Assembly (NCBI GenBank): GCA_963757595.1
Contig: CAVWRX010000005.1
Span: 95,510 to 159,509, forward strand
From: an uncultured Chloroflexia bacterium
GTDB lineage: Bacteria; Chloroflexota; Limnocylindria; Limnocylindrales; CSP1-4
DNA: 64,000 nucleotides
Direction of reading: 5' to 3'
Shown here: positions 31,703 to 42,155 of the stretch, piece after piece
How the letters are laid out: each line of letters begins with the position of its first letter
Position numbering within the stretch: position 1 is the stretch's first letter
Position numbers and translations under genes: made by a program
The notes under the pieces: generated by a model
Databases searched by the model: none
What the model was told of the DNA's origin: nothing
What the model saw: the letters and a program-made list of their open reading frames with translations, nothing else

Positions 31703-32437
31703 CTATTCGTCGATCACCACGATGCGGATCCGCTTGTTGATCCGGCCCTTGGACTCGTAACCGGTCACCCGGATCCGACCGACTTCCCGGGTGTTGGCGA
31801 CGTGCGTCCCACCGTCAGCCTGCAAGTCAAGCCCGACGATTTCTATCGTCCGAATCTCCTCGATTCCGGGCGGCAGGAGGTTGACCTTTGTCCGGATCAG
31901 GTCCGGGATGGCGAAGGCCTCGTCGCGGGGCAGGACGTTGACCCGGACATCCCGATTGCGAGCCAGCTCCGCGTTGACCGTTGCCTCGATCCCCTCGACC
32001 AGATCCCCGCTCATCCGTTCGAATTCGAAGTCCATGCGGCCCGCGCCGGGCTCCATGTTGCCGCCCGTCACGAGCGCGCCGTAATCGCGCCAGACGACGC
32101 CGCACAGGGCGTGGAGGGCGGTGTGGGTTCGCATCAACGCGAAGCGCCGGGCCCAGTCGAGATCGACGCGCAAGCGGTCCCCGACCGCCGGCGGTTCGAC
32201 GCCCGCTTCGAGCTCGTGGACAATCTCGCCGCTCGACTTCCGCGCTCCGACCACCGTCCAGGATCGCCCGTCCTCGGCCCGGAGGAGCAGACCCCGGTCC
32301 GATGGCTGACCGCCGCCGCCCGGGTAGAAGACGGTCTGGTCCAGGACCAGCAATGGCGATTCGAGGGCCTCGACCGCCAGGACCCGCGCCTCGATCTCGC
32401 GGGCATAGGCATCCGAGTAGCAGATCTGGAGGTTCAT
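31703..32437 (-). CDS. alaX: Alanyl-tRNA editing protein (AlaX-M)
   Basis: FYPGGGGQPSD, MRTHTALH, DGGTH. Confidence 0.9.
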   Translation of the reverse strand: MNLQICYSDAYAREIEARVLAVEALESPLLVLDQTVFYPGGGGQPSDRGLLLRAEDGRSWTVVGARKSSGEIVHELEAGVEPPAVGDRLRVDLDWARRFALMRTHTALHALCGVVWRDYGALVTGGNMEPGAGRMDFEFERMSGDLVEGIEATVNAELARNRDVRVNVLPRDEAFAIPDLIRTKVNLLPPGIEEIRTIEIVGLDLQADGGTHVANTREVGRIRVTGYESKGRINKRIRIVVIDE

Positions 32438-32703
32438 GGCGGGGAGCGTACCGCGGATTCGGTGTCTTTCGGCACCGCGTAATCCGCAGGCTAAGGAAGG
32501 TCACCTATCGTCGATCGGACCGGAAACGGTGTGGGAGGGGTCGGAAGGGTTCGGTCGGGAGCGGTCCGGGAGCCGCTCGCATGGCCCGATAGTCCGGGGT
32601 CCCCCCAGTACTACCGCCGGGTTGAGGGCACTCGCCGGGATCCGCAGGATGGGTCTCCCGGTACGAAACCGGACGGAATGATCCTCACCAGGGAGAGCCC
32701 GCA

Positions 32704-32802
32704 GTGAAGAACCGAATGCACCGAGTTTGGCAGCTCGCCGTCGCCGTCGCCCCGATCGCCGCGATCGTGCTGGTCGAAGCGGCGATGCGTCGCTGGTACT
32801 GA
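32704..32802 (+). CDS. Small hydrophobic peptide, 32 aa (MKNRMHRVWQLAVAVAPIAAIVLVEAAMRRWY)
   Basis: GTG start preceded by GGGAGAG SD; GC3-rich codons; single TM; followed by hairpins. Confidence 0.65.
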   Translation: MKNRMHRVWQLAVAVAPIAAIVLVEAAMRRWY

Positions 32803-32855
32803 TCACGCCAGAACCAACCAAGTGATCCGGCTTCCTCCTGCCGGACCGCGTCAGC

Positions 32856-32889
32856 GAACGAGACCCGGACCCTCCTCCGGGTCTCGTTC
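32856..32889 (+). terminator. 14-bp stem hairpin (GAACGAGACCCGGA-ccctcc-TCCGGGTCTCGTTC), probable terminator
   Basis: Perfect inverted repeat between convergent genes, followed by CATTT. Confidence 0.7.
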
Positions 32890-32925
32890 CATTTCCGCGC
32901 AAATTAGACCTGGATTCGGCTCCGC

Positions 32926-35900
32926 CTAGCTCGGGGTCGGGACCAGCTTCAGGCGCACGGCGACCATCGCGGCCTCGACCCGGCCCGACACGCCGAGCTT
33001 CGACAGGATATTGCCGACGTGGACGCCGACGGTCTTCTGGCTGATGAAGAGCCGCTCGCCGATCTCCCGGTTCGTCCGGCCCTGGGCGATCAGCGCGAGG
33101 ACCTCGCGTTCACGGGCGGAGAGGCCGAATGCCGCCTCCCGCCGCTGGGCGTCGCCGGCATGGACGAACGCGGTCGCGACCGGGCCGGACGATGACGATC
33201 CAGCGGCACTCGCCACGGGCGGCTCGGGTCGACCCGCATCCGAGGATGCGGTCGCGGCGATCCAGCCGCTGCCCGACCCTGGACGACCCGGGTCGGTGGT
33301 CTCGATGCCGGCCTCTGCGGTGGCTGCATCGGCTGGCGGAAGCGTGATCAACGCCCGGCGCGCGAGGGTCTCGAGCTCGCGGAGGAGGGGCCGCGCCCGC
33401 AGTGAGCGAGCGATGCGCACGGCCTCGACGAGCGGCCCCTTCGCGGCGGCCCGCCCCTGGCGCGCGTCGCTTGCCAGCAGGAGCGATTCTGCCTCGCGCC
33501 AGCGTACCCGGGCGACCTGATACGGCTCACCGACGAGCTCCCAGGCCACCGCTGCGGCGGCCCAGAGCACCGGATCGTCGCGGCCCTCGACGCGCGCCAG
33601 GTAGGCCCGCACCGTTGCCAGGTGGGCCTCAGCCTCCTGACGGCTCGCCGCGTCCGGAGGCAGCCCGCTCGCCCGCAGCACGGCCTCCGATTCCGCGGCG
33701 ACCCGGCGAGCTCGCCCCCGGGCGCCAGAGATCTCGGAAACTGCCCGGCGCTGGTGCGCGTCGGCGACGATCGCCGCCTGGACCTCGAGGTAGGTGGCGG
33801 CCATCCGGGCGGTGAGCGCCCAATCCTCGGCCCGGGTCACGAGCGACCAGCCGTGCTCGGCCGCGCGCCGGGCATCGTCGATGTCGCCGCGCCAGAGGGC
33901 GAACGAAGCCGCGGCTCGCGTTGCGGGGACCTCGAGCTGCGGGTCCGGTGATCGCTCCATGCGGAGGGGCCGCCAGCCCAGGAGGCTCGCCGCCCGTTCG
34001 TCGACGCTCGTCTCGACCTCGAGCATCGCGGCCGTCACGCTCGCGTCCGCGAAGGCCTCCGGCGCGGGACTCCACTCCAGCGCGGTGCGGATGATCTCGC
34101 GGGCCTCGTCCCAACGACCCACGAGGAAGAGTGCCTCGGCGATGTTGCCGCGGAGAGCGTTGCCATAAGCGACCTCGAGACCGTCGGTCCTGGCCTCGGT
34201 CACTGCCCGGCGGGTCACCTCGATCGCGTCTTCTCGGCGCCCGAGGAGTGTCAGGGCCGTCGCGAGGTTCAGTGTCGCCCGGAAAGCGTCATCAGCGTGG
34301 CCGGTCTGGCGGGCGATGTCGCGAGCATGCTCGAGCAGGCTGATCGCGTCCCCGGGATCCGCGCTCCAGGCCGTTGCGATACCGAGCGTACACGTCGCGT
34401 GGCCTTCGATGGCGAGGGCATCGGCGCCCACCCGCCCGGCTACCGCGATGGCCGCGCGCGCGGTCGTGGCCGCCTCGGCGAAGTGCCCGTGAAGCATCAG
34501 GGTCTGGGCGAGCGAGGCGAGGATTCGGGCGCGGAGCGGCGTGTTGCCCTGGCCCACGCTCGACGCGGCACGGCGATGCTCCGCCAGCGCCCGCTCGTGG
34601 TCGCCGAGTGTCCTGGCCACGCGCCCGAGCGCCTCGTGCAGGGCCGCGACCTCGTCCCGATCCTCCCGCTCGCCGAAGCGGCCGGCGGCGCTCTCGAGAT
34701 AGGCGAGCGCACGATCCGGGCGACCCGCGGCGAGCGCCACCTCGCCGGTCCGAGCAAGGAACTGGCCGGTCGCGACGGAATCCGGACCATCCACGGCCCC
34801 AAGCTCGAGTGCCACCTCGCGCGCCGCCAGTGCGTCGACCGGAGAGTCGAGATCTTCGGCCAGCGTGGCCGCTGCGATCGCCGCCTCACGGGCAAGATCG
34901 GGTCGGTTCGCGGCTCGCCAGTGCGGGAGCGCGGCGGCTGATTCCGCGCCGAGGGCGTCGGCGACGGCCTCGTGGTGACGGCGCCACTGATGCGGCAGCA
35001 GGTCGTTTTCGATGGCCCTGGCGACGGACTCGTGTCGAATGGCGAGCCGTCCATCGCCGCGCTCGAGGACAAAGCCGAAGTCGATGGCCTCGTCCCGTCC
35101 GGCCTCGAGGTCGGGGTCCAGCTCGCCGACCAGGCGGCGCGGGCGCGCGGATGACCGTGGAGGCAGCGACTCCACGAGGCGCTCGAAGGCCGCGGCCACG
35201 TTGGCAATCTCGCCCTCGTCCAGGGGTTGCCAGGCTGGCGCAAGCAGCCGCAGGAATCGGCGGCATTCCGGCGTGCGCCGGGCCATGCGGGCGGCGATGA
35301 GCTCGTCGAACGACGCGTCGAGGCGAACGCCGGACAACTCTCGCCGCGCCGCGGCGATCTCCTCGACGACCAGCGGGTTGCCGGCAGACCGAACGGCAAC
35401 CAGGAGCACGGTTGCGGCGGTGGGGCGCTCGCCGTCGATGTTCGCGAGGAGCTGCACCAGCTCGTCGCCGCTCATCGGCTCCAGGGTCATCCGCTCGGGA
35501 GGATTGGAGGATGTTGCCATCGCCGTGAGATCAGCGTGGAGCGGATGATCCCGCGCCAGGGCGTCCGCCGCGTACGTCGCGATCAGGCAGAATCGCGCCG
35601 GACGCGCCACGCGCGCCAGGAAGCTCGCCAGGCCGCGCGTCGCGCCGTCCGCATACTGGAGATCCTCGATCACGATCAGGACGGGCTTTCGCTCTCCGGC
35701 CCGTTCGAGGACGCCCCGGATCGCCTCGTTGAACCAGACCGCCCGGCGCTCGGGATCGATCGACCGCCGGCGGAGGGTGGCCGGCTGGGCCACCCTGTCG
35801 GCGAGCTCGGGGACCAGGCGGACCATGGGTTCGATGGCAGGGCCGAGGATTCGCTGGAGCTCGGCATCCTCCAGGTCCGCCAGGAACTCCCGGAAACCCC

Positions 35901-36150
35901 TTGAGATCGGTGCATACGGAACGGCCGCGCTGCCCGCGACGGCGGCGCACCGAATGACCGAAAACGGGCTCGAGAGTCGTTGAACGCGCCGAGCGGTCTC
36001 GTCGACGAGTCGGGTTACCCCGACGCCGCTGGGCCCGCTGAGTACGATCCGACCGGTGCGGCCTGCGGCCGCAGCCTCAAGGGCGAGGGCCAGCCGCGAG
36101 AGCTCCCGTTCCCGCCCGACGAATCGCTCGCTCACAAAACGCGCGCTCAT
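32926..36150 (-). CDS. Large ATP-binding LuxR-family regulator (AAA-TPR-HTH)
   Basis: [28 protein letters not shown]; C-terminal LSAREREVL...TNREIG..LFIS.KTV..HV.NIL.KL. Confidence 0.93.
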   Translation of the reverse strand: MSARFVSERFVGRERELSRLALALEAAAAGRTGRIVLSGPSGVGVTRLVDETARRVQRLSSPFSVIRCAAVAGSAAVPYAPISRGFREFLADLEDAELQRILGPAIEPMVRLVPELADRVAQPATLRRRSIDPERRAVWFNEAIRGVLERAGERKPVLIVIEDLQYADGATRGLASFLARVARPARFCLIATYAADALARDHPLHADLTAMATSSNPPERMTLEPMSGDELVQLLANIDGERPTAATVLLVAVRSAGNPLVVEEIAAARRELSGVRLDASFDELIAARMARRTPECRRFLRLLAPAWQPLDEGEIANVAAAFERLVESLPPRSSARPRRLVGELDPDLEAGRDEAIDFGFVLERGDGRLAIRHESVARAIENDLLPHQWRRHHEAVADALGAESAAALPHWRAANRPDLAREAAIAAATLAEDLDSPVDALAAREVALELGAVDGPDSVATGQFLARTGEVALAAGRPDRALAYLESAAGRFGEREDRDEVAALHEALGRVARTLGDHERALAEHRRAASSVGQGNTPLRARILASLAQTLMLHGHFAEAATTARAAIAVAGRVGADALAIEGHATCTLGIATAWSADPGDAISLLEHARDIARQTGHADDAFRATLNLATALTLLGRREDAIEVTRRAVTEARTDGLEVAYGNALRGNIAEALFLVGRWDEAREIIRTALEWSPAPEAFADASVTAAMLEVETSVDERAASLLGWRPLRMERSPDPQLEVPATRAAASFALWRGDIDDARRAAEHGWSLVTRAEDWALTARMAATYLEVQAAIVADAHQRRAVSEISGARGRARRVAAESEAVLRASGLPPDAASRQEAEAHLATVRAYLARVEGRDDPVLWAAAAVAWELVGEPYQVARVRWREAESLLLASDARQGRAAAKGPLVEAVRIARSLRARPLLRELETLARRALITLPPADAATAEAGIETTDPGRPGSGSGWIAATASSDAGRPEPPVASAAGSSSSGPVATAFVHAGDAQRREAAFGLSAREREVLALIAQGRTNREIGERLFISQKTVGVHVGNILSKLGVSGRVEAAMVAVRLKLVPTPS

Positions 36151-36264
36151 GCCCGGCATCGTGCCACACCGGCCGGATCGTCGACGTACGGTCGGGCCCT
36201 CGCGCCTTGTGCAGCCTGCGATCGGCTCCCAGCGCGGACCGGGCGGCATCGCTAGGCTGGGCTC

Positions 36265-37170
36265 GTGTCCGAACGGCCGTCTCCGCCCCATCCGAGAAAC
36301 CACCTGAACGAGCTTTCGGGGGAGGAGTGGCTCTACTTCACGAAGTCACTCTGGACGACCGCGTACCCGTCCGAGCTCGGCCATGGTCTGCGCCGCCTCC
36401 ACGGTGCGAACAAGCCGCCACGGCTCATGGCGAAGCTCATCGAGTTCTTCACGACTGGCGGGGAGACGGTGCTGGACCCGTTCGCCGGCGTCGGCGGGAC
36501 CCTCCTCGGCGCCGCGATCGCGCGGACCCCGCGCCGGGCAATCGGCCTCGAGATTCACCCGCGCTGGGCCGAGGTCTACGCAGCGGTCATTGCCGAGGCC
36601 CAGGGCCAGGACGCGCACGGCGGCCTCGTCCTGGCAGATCTCGGCAACCAGGACCCGGGCGGACCCCGGCGCTTCGATCCGTCCGGCTGCGAGATGCGGG
36701 TCGGGGATGCGCTGGCGCTACTGCCCGAGATCCCGGACGGCTCGATCGATTTCGTGGCCACCGACCCGCCGTACAACGTCCAGCTCCCGATGACCATGGC
36801 CGGTGGAGCGCTGTCGGCGAAGCACGCCAACCGGCGGACGGACTACGCGATGGTCACCGACGATCCGGCAGACCTGGCCAACCTGCCCGACTACGACGCC
36901 TTCCTCGAGGCCATGACGCAGGTCCTGGCGCACCTCTTCCGCGTCCTCCGGAAGGGCCGCTACGCGGCGCTCATCGTCCGGGACGCCTACCAGGGCGGCC
37001 GCTACCTGTTCACCGGCTCGGATCTCGCCGTCCGGGCGTCGAGCGTTGGCTTCGTGCCCAAGGGTGACATCGTCTGGTACCAAGCGGGGACGCGACTGCG
37101 GCCCTATGGATACCCGAGCGGGTTCGTGCCGAATATCGTCCACCAGCACGTGCTGATCCTTCGACGCTGA
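36265..37170 (+). CDS. N4/N6 DNA methyltransferase-family protein (orphan)
   Basis: [11 protein letters not shown] (motif I), DPPY (motif IV). Confidence 0.85.
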   Translation: MSERPSPPHPRNHLNELSGEEWLYFTKSLWTTAYPSELGHGLRRLHGANKPPRLMAKLIEFFTTGGETVLDPFAGVGGTLLGAAIARTPRRAIGLEIHPRWAEVYAAVIAEAQGQDAHGGLVLADLGNQDPGGPRRFDPSGCEMRVGDALALLPEIPDGSIDFVATDPPYNVQLPMTMAGGALSAKHANRRTDYAMVTDDPADLANLPDYDAFLEAMTQVLAHLFRVLRKGRYAALIVRDAYQGGRYLFTGSDLAVRASSVGFVPKGDIVWYQAGTRLRPYGYPSGFVPNIVHQHVLILRR

Positions 37171-37225
37171 CGGGCCGACCGAACCAGGGGCCTCTCCGAC
37201 CAGGGCGGGTCCGGAGGCCCGGACG

Positions 37226-38848
37226 TCAGTTCTCGGCCACGGATCCCCGCATCCCGCGTGCCGCGAGCAGGGCTGCGAGGGCATTCTCGGCGTCCGGCGG
37301 CGGGCCGTCTTCGATCGGTCGATGGGCGTCCTCCGGGGCAACGACATCGCCCAGGGTCGTCCGGTGGACCCAGCCGAGTCGGCCGTCCGGAAGGAGGACC
37401 TCGCAGTACGCCCCGGTCCGCTGCTGGACCTCTACCTCATCGCCCTCGGCGAGTTCCCCGATCCGGTTGCCCATGATCTCGTCGGGCTGGTCCAGGAGCG
37501 GGGTGACCGCGTAGCGGACGAGTCGACGCTCGACTCCGGCCGCGACTTCGATCGGCGACGCGGCGAACGACATGCGCGGGCGTTCAGGTGCGGGTGAGCG
37601 GATCGGGTCGGTCCGACGGGCCTCCATCAGGGACGGCCTCCGCCAGCGGGGCATCAGGGACTCCAGGTCGACCGGAGGCACGAAACCCGAGCCGGGTGCC
37701 ACCGCGACGCCCGCCGAGGCGGCCCCTCGGAGGATGGAATCCGGGTCGAGCGCGTCATCCTCGCGACGTCGTTTGTTGAAGAGCATGAAGGACATCCACA
37801 CCACGACCGCCGCCGCGGTGAAGAGGAACGTCGGGGCTGTCGGCAAGTGGCCGGGGCCCTGGAGGCCGAAGGCCACGAGGCCGGAGTCGAAGGAGCCGCC
37901 AAGCCACGGCGTAAGCCCGGCGACGGAATCACCCAGTGACGAGCCACCGGCCGTCCCTCCGATCGTGCCCGAGCCCGAGCCACCCGCGACGCCGGAACCG
38001 ATGCCGCCGCCCGACGTGCCGCCACCGGGGCCACCGTCCGAGCCCGCGGCGGCACCCCCTGCGGTGTCCCCGCCGCCCGAGCCCGAGGTTGACCCACCCG
38101 CGGCCGTGTCACCACTGGACGGCGAAGCAGAGGGACCAGGGGCGCCTGTGGTGCCATTTGAGGCGGATGTTGGCGCGGGCGTCGGCGCGAGGGTTGCCGC
38201 CGGTGCGTGGGTCGGGGTCGGCGCGGGTGTTGGGTTTGGCTTCGGGGTCGGGGTCGGCGTGGGCGTCGGCCTGGGTGTCGGCGCTGGTGTCGGGGTCGGC
38301 TTGGGGGTCGGCTTCGGGGTCGGCTTGGGCGTCGGAGTTGGCTTCGGGGTCGGGGTCGGGGTCGGCTTGGGCGTCGGCACTGGTGTCGGAGTCGGCTTCG
38401 GGGTCGGGGTCGGGGTCGGCTTGGGCGTCGGGGTCGGGGCCGGGTCGATACTGATCGATCCCGCGCCTCGAAGGTCGACGACGTTCTCGGCGTCCAGGGC
38501 CTGGAAGGTCACGCCGTTCGTGCCCGCCGCGACCGTCGTGGTGACCGTGAAATCGACGCCGTACGCCCAATTCGTCCCGGACGCATGCATCGTGTACGTC
38601 GCGCTGCCGACCGCGACGCGAACGTACTTGGGCGCCGCGCCCGACGAGTCCCGGAACCTGACGGTGAACGTGATCGGCGTCGTGGTGGTGCCGGAACGAG
38701 GATCGACGGCGTACGCCCACAGCCGGCTGCTCGCCCTGACCGCGCCGAGCGCGGGCAGCCCGATCGCAAGCAGCAGCAACCCGGCCACAATGGAGGCGGT
38801 CAGGAGGCGCAGCCCCCGGTGTGTGCCTCGCGATCGGGTCTCGGTCAC
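37226..38848 (-). CDS. Membrane protein: signal peptide, beta-rich domain, Pro/Thr linker, Gly-rich region, TM, C-terminal SH3-like domain
   Basis: PTPTPKPT repeats, [26 protein letters not shown]......CEV..PDGR.GWV. Confidence 0.78.
   Translation of the reverse strand: MTETRSRGTHRGLRLLTASIVAGLLLLAIGLPALGAVRASSRLWAYAVDPRSGTTTTPITFTVRFRDSSGAAPKYVRVAVGSATYTMHASGTNWAYGVDFTVTTTVAAGTNGVTFQALDAENVVDLRGAGSISIDPAPTPTPKPTPTPTPKPTPTPVPTPKPTPTPTPKPTPTPKPTPKPTPKPTPTPAPTPRPTPTPTPTPKPNPTPAPTPTHAPAATLAPTPAPTSASNGTTGAPGPSASPSSGDTAAGGSTSGSGGGDTAGGAAAGSDGGPGGGTSGGGIGSGVAGGSGSGTIGGTAGGSSLGDSVAGLTPWLGGSFDSGLVAFGLQGPGHLPTAPTFLFTAAAVVVWMSFMLFNKRRREDDALDPDSILRGAASAGVAVAPGSGFVPPVDLESLMPRWRRPSLMEARRTDPIRSPAPERPRMSFAASPIEVAAGVERRLVRYAVTPLLDQPDEIMGNRIGELAEGDEVEVQQRTGAYCEVLLPDGRLGWVHRTTLGDVVAPEDAHRPIEDGPPPDAENALAALLAARGMRGSVAEN
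38170..38445 (-). repeat. Low-complexity tandem repeat encoding a (PT/PK)n linker
   Basis: Repeated GGGGTC/GGCTTC/GGCGTC hexamers. Confidence 0.85.
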
Positions 38849-39059
38849 AGGGATACCTCGGCTCGGGCGTATGCCACCCATCGTTGAATGCAGGATCGTG
38901 CCCGGACCGGGGGGCCGCAATGGTACGGCGGTCCCACCCGGGGCTCCCCGGGACCGGTCCCATCGTCATCGTCGGAGGTGCCCGGATGGTCCGTCCGTTC
39001 GGTCGACTTGACCCGAAGGTGCCATTTCCGCGCGGCGCGCGAAGGCCCACGATTGGGGC

Positions 39060-39818
39060 ATGCAGATCATCGGCTCGGAGCGCCCCATGGACTCGGCTGC
39101 GCGGGCGGCCATCATTCGAGCCTTCGTGGTCGGTGCAATCCTCCTGGTCGGGGCAAGCTTCCTGGCCTACCTGGTCTTCGGCACCGGGTTCCTCACCGCC
39201 CTGACGCCGACCGGCCGCGCAACGACCGGACAGCTCGTCACCGGGGCCCTGGCATGGACATTCGGCCTCACCGCTCCGGCTGCATTCGGCGTCGTCGGTC
39301 TTGCACGTGTCGGCTCGGCCGTCGAGCACGTCGCCGCCCGCCGACCGCGGCCCACGCCCGCGGTCCGCTTCCGCAACGGGATCCCCGACGACCACGCGGT
39401 CGCCATGGGTGTCCGACTGCCGGACGGCGGGCGCGTCGTCCCGGAGATCGTCATCGGACCGTTCGGGGCCGCCGTGATCGAGGAGCTGCCGCCGCAGGGT
39501 GCCGTCGTCGGCAAGGGACCGAGAAGCTGGGATGTCCGCTTCACGGATGGCAGGGTCCACATGATCGATCACCCGCTTGAGCGGGCGTCCCGGGACGCCG
39601 ACCGCACCCGGACGTGGCTCGGCGGCGAGGACTCGGGTCACATCGTGAAGGTGCACGCCGCCGTGGTGGGCTCCGATCCCACGGTCGAGCGAACGCCGAG
39701 CTGCGCCTACATCAGGCCCGAGCAGGTGGGTCCCTGGTTGGCGTCGCTGCCACCGCAGCGGTCGTTCGACGCCGACCGCCGCGAACGCGTCATCCGGATG
39801 CTTCGGGAAACCATCTGA
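39060..39818 (+). CDS. Hypothetical membrane protein with a degenerate NERD-like domain
   Basis: Two TM segments then IVIGPFGAAVIEE, resembling the NERD core; start may be the later ATG. Confidence 0.6.
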   Translation: MQIIGSERPMDSAARAAIIRAFVVGAILLVGASFLAYLVFGTGFLTALTPTGRATTGQLVTGALAWTFGLTAPAAFGVVGLARVGSAVEHVAARRPRPTPAVRFRNGIPDDHAVAMGVRLPDGGRVVPEIVIGPFGAAVIEELPPQGAVVGKGPRSWDVRFTDGRVHMIDHPLERASRDADRTRTWLGGEDSGHIVKVHAAVVGSDPTVERTPSCAYIRPEQVGPWLASLPPQRSFDADRRERVIRMLRETI

Positions 39819-39937
39819 GCAACGGGCAGGACCGCGCCACCGGCCGGACCGGCGCGGCCAGCCGTTCGGCCTCGATTGAGCGGGCGAGCCGGAAGGGCGC
39901 CCGCCACGCGACGCTCGCAGCCGTGACCCACCTCGAA

Positions 39938-40014
39938 TGGTAGGGGAGCCTGGGCTCGAACCAGGGACCGGCCGTGTATAAGACGGCTGCTCTGACCAAC
40001 TGAGCTACTCCCCC
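39938..40014 (-). tRNA. tRNA-Ile (anticodon UAU)
   Basis: GGGGGAG-TA-GCTC-AGTTGGTCA-GAGC-A-GCCGT-CT TAT AC-ACGGC-CGGTC-CCTGG-TTCGAGC-CCAGG-CTCCCCT-A-CCA; full cloverleaf with encoded CCA. Confidence 0.92.
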
Positions 40015-40060
40015 GCCGCGATCCTACACCCGGTCGAGGAAAAGGCCGGAACTCGTGCAG

Positions 40061-40342
40061 TCAGTCGCCCCGCCCGCGCAGGCGACCTGTCAGGCTCCGA
40101 ACCATGAGGCTGCCGGCCACGCGGCGCCCGTCGGGCTGCGACTCGGCCTCGGGCGCCTTCAGGCTCGGAGACGGACCTTGCTCGAGAAGCGCGCGCTCCG
40201 CGTCGGTCATGAATGACTGGAGGGGCAGGTCATCCGGATCGAAGGGTCGCTCGATCTGCGCGATCGGGGCCTTCGGGCGGGCATAGGCGGGCGCGCCGTA
40301 CAGCATCGGGAGAGCGATGTGACGGAGTTCCTCGGCGGACAT
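40061..40342 (-). CDS. Hypothetical protein
   Basis: ORF with GGAGG SD; LPMLYGAPAYARP...PFDPDDLPL. Confidence 0.6.
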   Translation of the reverse strand: MSAEELRHIALPMLYGAPAYARPKAPIAQIERPFDPDDLPLQSFMTDAERALLEQGPSPSLKAPEAESQPDGRRVAGSLMVRSLTGRLRGRGD

Positions 40343-40474
40343 CGCGCGGATTCGCCTCCGGTTCGGCTCCGGCCGTTGCCGTCGCTCACCAGTACGATAC
40401 CGTCCGCCGCCGGGTGTTGCCAACTCGCGCCGCTCAATTCCCGTTGCCTGAACGCGCCTCCTGAGTTCGTCGGA

Positions 40475-40864
40475 TCAGGTGAGGATCGGTCGCAGGACCT
40501 GGATGACCACGACGAGGACCAGATACGCGATCGGGACCGCCGCGAAGAAGCCGAGGGCGGCACTCCAGACGGTGCGGCGCGGTCGGAGGTCGGTACCGCG
40601 GGGAAGCGGCACGATGAGGTAGGTGACCACGGTGCCGACGAGGAGTACGAGCACCACGTCCAGGGTTGCCATGGCTGCGCGGAGATCTCCGCCGGGGAGC
40701 CTTGCGCCGCGGGTCAGGGCCACGTCGTACGCCAGGTAGAGGACGCCGAGTATCCCCGCGACGACGAGGTTCGCCGTCACGGCTCGGACGACGGGGCGCG
40801 GGGCGTTGCGAAACTGCCGCCAACGGATCGAGAGCCACGAACGTCGGGGCGGCAGCACGGTCAT
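40475..40864 (-). CDS. Hypothetical membrane protein (3 TM)
   Basis: Hydrophobic ORF; ATGA overlap with the upstream gene. Confidence 0.7.
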   Translation of the reverse strand: MTVLPPRRSWLSIRWRQFRNAPRPVVRAVTANLVVAGILGVLYLAYDVALTRGARLPGGDLRAAMATLDVVLVLLVGTVVTYLIVPLPRGTDLRPRRTVWSAALGFFAAVPIAYLVLVVVIQVLRPILT

Positions 40865-42084
40865 GACGCGCCCAGGATCGGCAGCATCCGGCGCTCCGGC
40901 AGCGACCCTGGAGCGTGGGATGCGAGCAACCGGACGCCGTCGACGAACCGATCCACCTCGTCGTCGGAGGTATAGAAGCCGACGCTGATCCGGATGGCGT
41001 CGAGGTGCGGGATGGTCCGTGCGATCGCGAACGTTCGAGCCGCCAGCTCGGCAAGGGCGGATTCACAGTCCCAGCCCCTGATCCGGAACGTCACGAGCGT
41101 CGCCATCTGATGCGGCGGCGTGATCAACTCGACGCCGTCGATACCGGCAAGTGCCAGCGCCGCGCGATGCGCCGCGACCGGCCCGCGGCCGAGGACGAAG
41201 TCGAGCCCGACGTACATCGACAGCCAGCCGATCGCCCGGGCGAAGCCGGCGATCGAGGGCCGATGGAACTCGGAGGTCTCGAAGCGGCGCGCGTCCGGAT
41301 GTCGGGTCCCGCCTCCGCGCGAGTCGTAGGCGGCGTAGCCGAAGAAGCCGCCGAACAGCGGCTGGATCAGCTCCGACGCCTCCGGCGAGACCCACAGCGC
41401 GCCCATGCCCTCGGGCCCCAACAGCCACTTGTGTGCCGGGTGTGCGTAGGCGTCGGCGCCGAGCTCCGTCACGCTGACCGGGATTGCGCCGACCGCCTGG
41501 GCGCCATCGACGACGACAGCGGCTCCACGCTCACGCGCCATCTCGGCGACGCGCGCGACCGGCAGGACCGCCCCCGTGGTCCAGAGCACGTGGGACATCA
41601 CGACCAGGCGGGTGCCTTGGACGATCGCGCGATCGAAGGCCGCGAGGGTCACCTCGTTGTCAGAGCCATCACCAATCTCGGCGAACCGGACCTCGACCCC
41701 GCGCCGATCGCGGAGACCGTACAGCGGCCCGAGGCCCCCGATGTGCTCGTGAATCGTCGTCACTGCGACATCGCCGGGCTGCCAGTCGAGGCCCCAGGCC
41801 GCGATGTTCAGGCCCTCCGTCGTGGACCGCGTCAGGGCGATCGACTCGAGGCTCGCTCCCAGCACCGCGGCCACGCCCGCGCGTGCCTCGTTGCGCCGGT
41901 CGAGCGCCTCCAGGTAGTACTCGACGTGGGCCCGGCCGATCGAGCGCTCGTATTCCGTCAGCTCGGCCATCGCGGTCGCAACCTCGGCCGGCAGCGGCCC
42001 GGTGGTCCCCGCGTTCAGCTGGATGCCGGCCGCCAGCGACGGCAGCGCGGCACGCACCGCCTGCAGCTTCGCCGCGGGCTCCAT
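40861..42084 (-). CDS. Aminotransferase class V PLP enzyme (C-S lyase/EgtE/CefD-like)
   Basis: STTEG, SHVLWTTG, VDGAQ, HKWLLGPEG. Confidence 0.9.
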   Translation of the reverse strand: MEPAAKLQAVRAALPSLAAGIQLNAGTTGPLPAEVATAMAELTEYERSIGRAHVEYYLEALDRRNEARAGVAAVLGASLESIALTRSTTEGLNIAAWGLDWQPGDVAVTTIHEHIGGLGPLYGLRDRRGVEVRFAEIGDGSDNEVTLAAFDRAIVQGTRLVVMSHVLWTTGAVLPVARVAEMARERGAAVVVDGAQAVGAIPVSVTELGADAYAHPAHKWLLGPEGMGALWVSPEASELIQPLFGGFFGYAAYDSRGGGTRHPDARRFETSEFHRPSIAGFARAIGWLSMYVGLDFVLGRGPVAAHRAALALAGIDGVELITPPHQMATLVTFRIRGWDCESALAELAARTFAIARTIPHLDAIRISVGFYTSDDEVDRFVDGVRLLASHAPGSLPERRMLPILGAS

Positions 42085-42155
42085 GAAGGGGGAAACCACG
42101 GCCGTATGATACCGGCCATGCCCCACACTCCAGCCACCGACCGAGGCGTCGCGTC

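Noticed and set aside
32560-32900. tmRNA, RNase P or SRP RNA in the large intergenic gap
   Set aside because: No tRNA-like ends or conserved RNase P/SRP motifs were seen; a small ORF plus hairpins explains the region better.
38170-38445. Possible CRISPR array or non-coding tandem repeat
   Set aside because: Hexamer periodicity encodes a Pro/Thr linker in frame; there is no repeat-spacer structure and no cas genes.
37572-39011. Gly/Val-rich 479-aa ORF on the + strand
   Set aside because: Antisense mirror of the Pro/Thr-rich membrane protein.
39818-40060. tRNA as an integration site for a genomic island
   Set aside because: No integrase and no duplicated tRNA 3' end were seen in the window.
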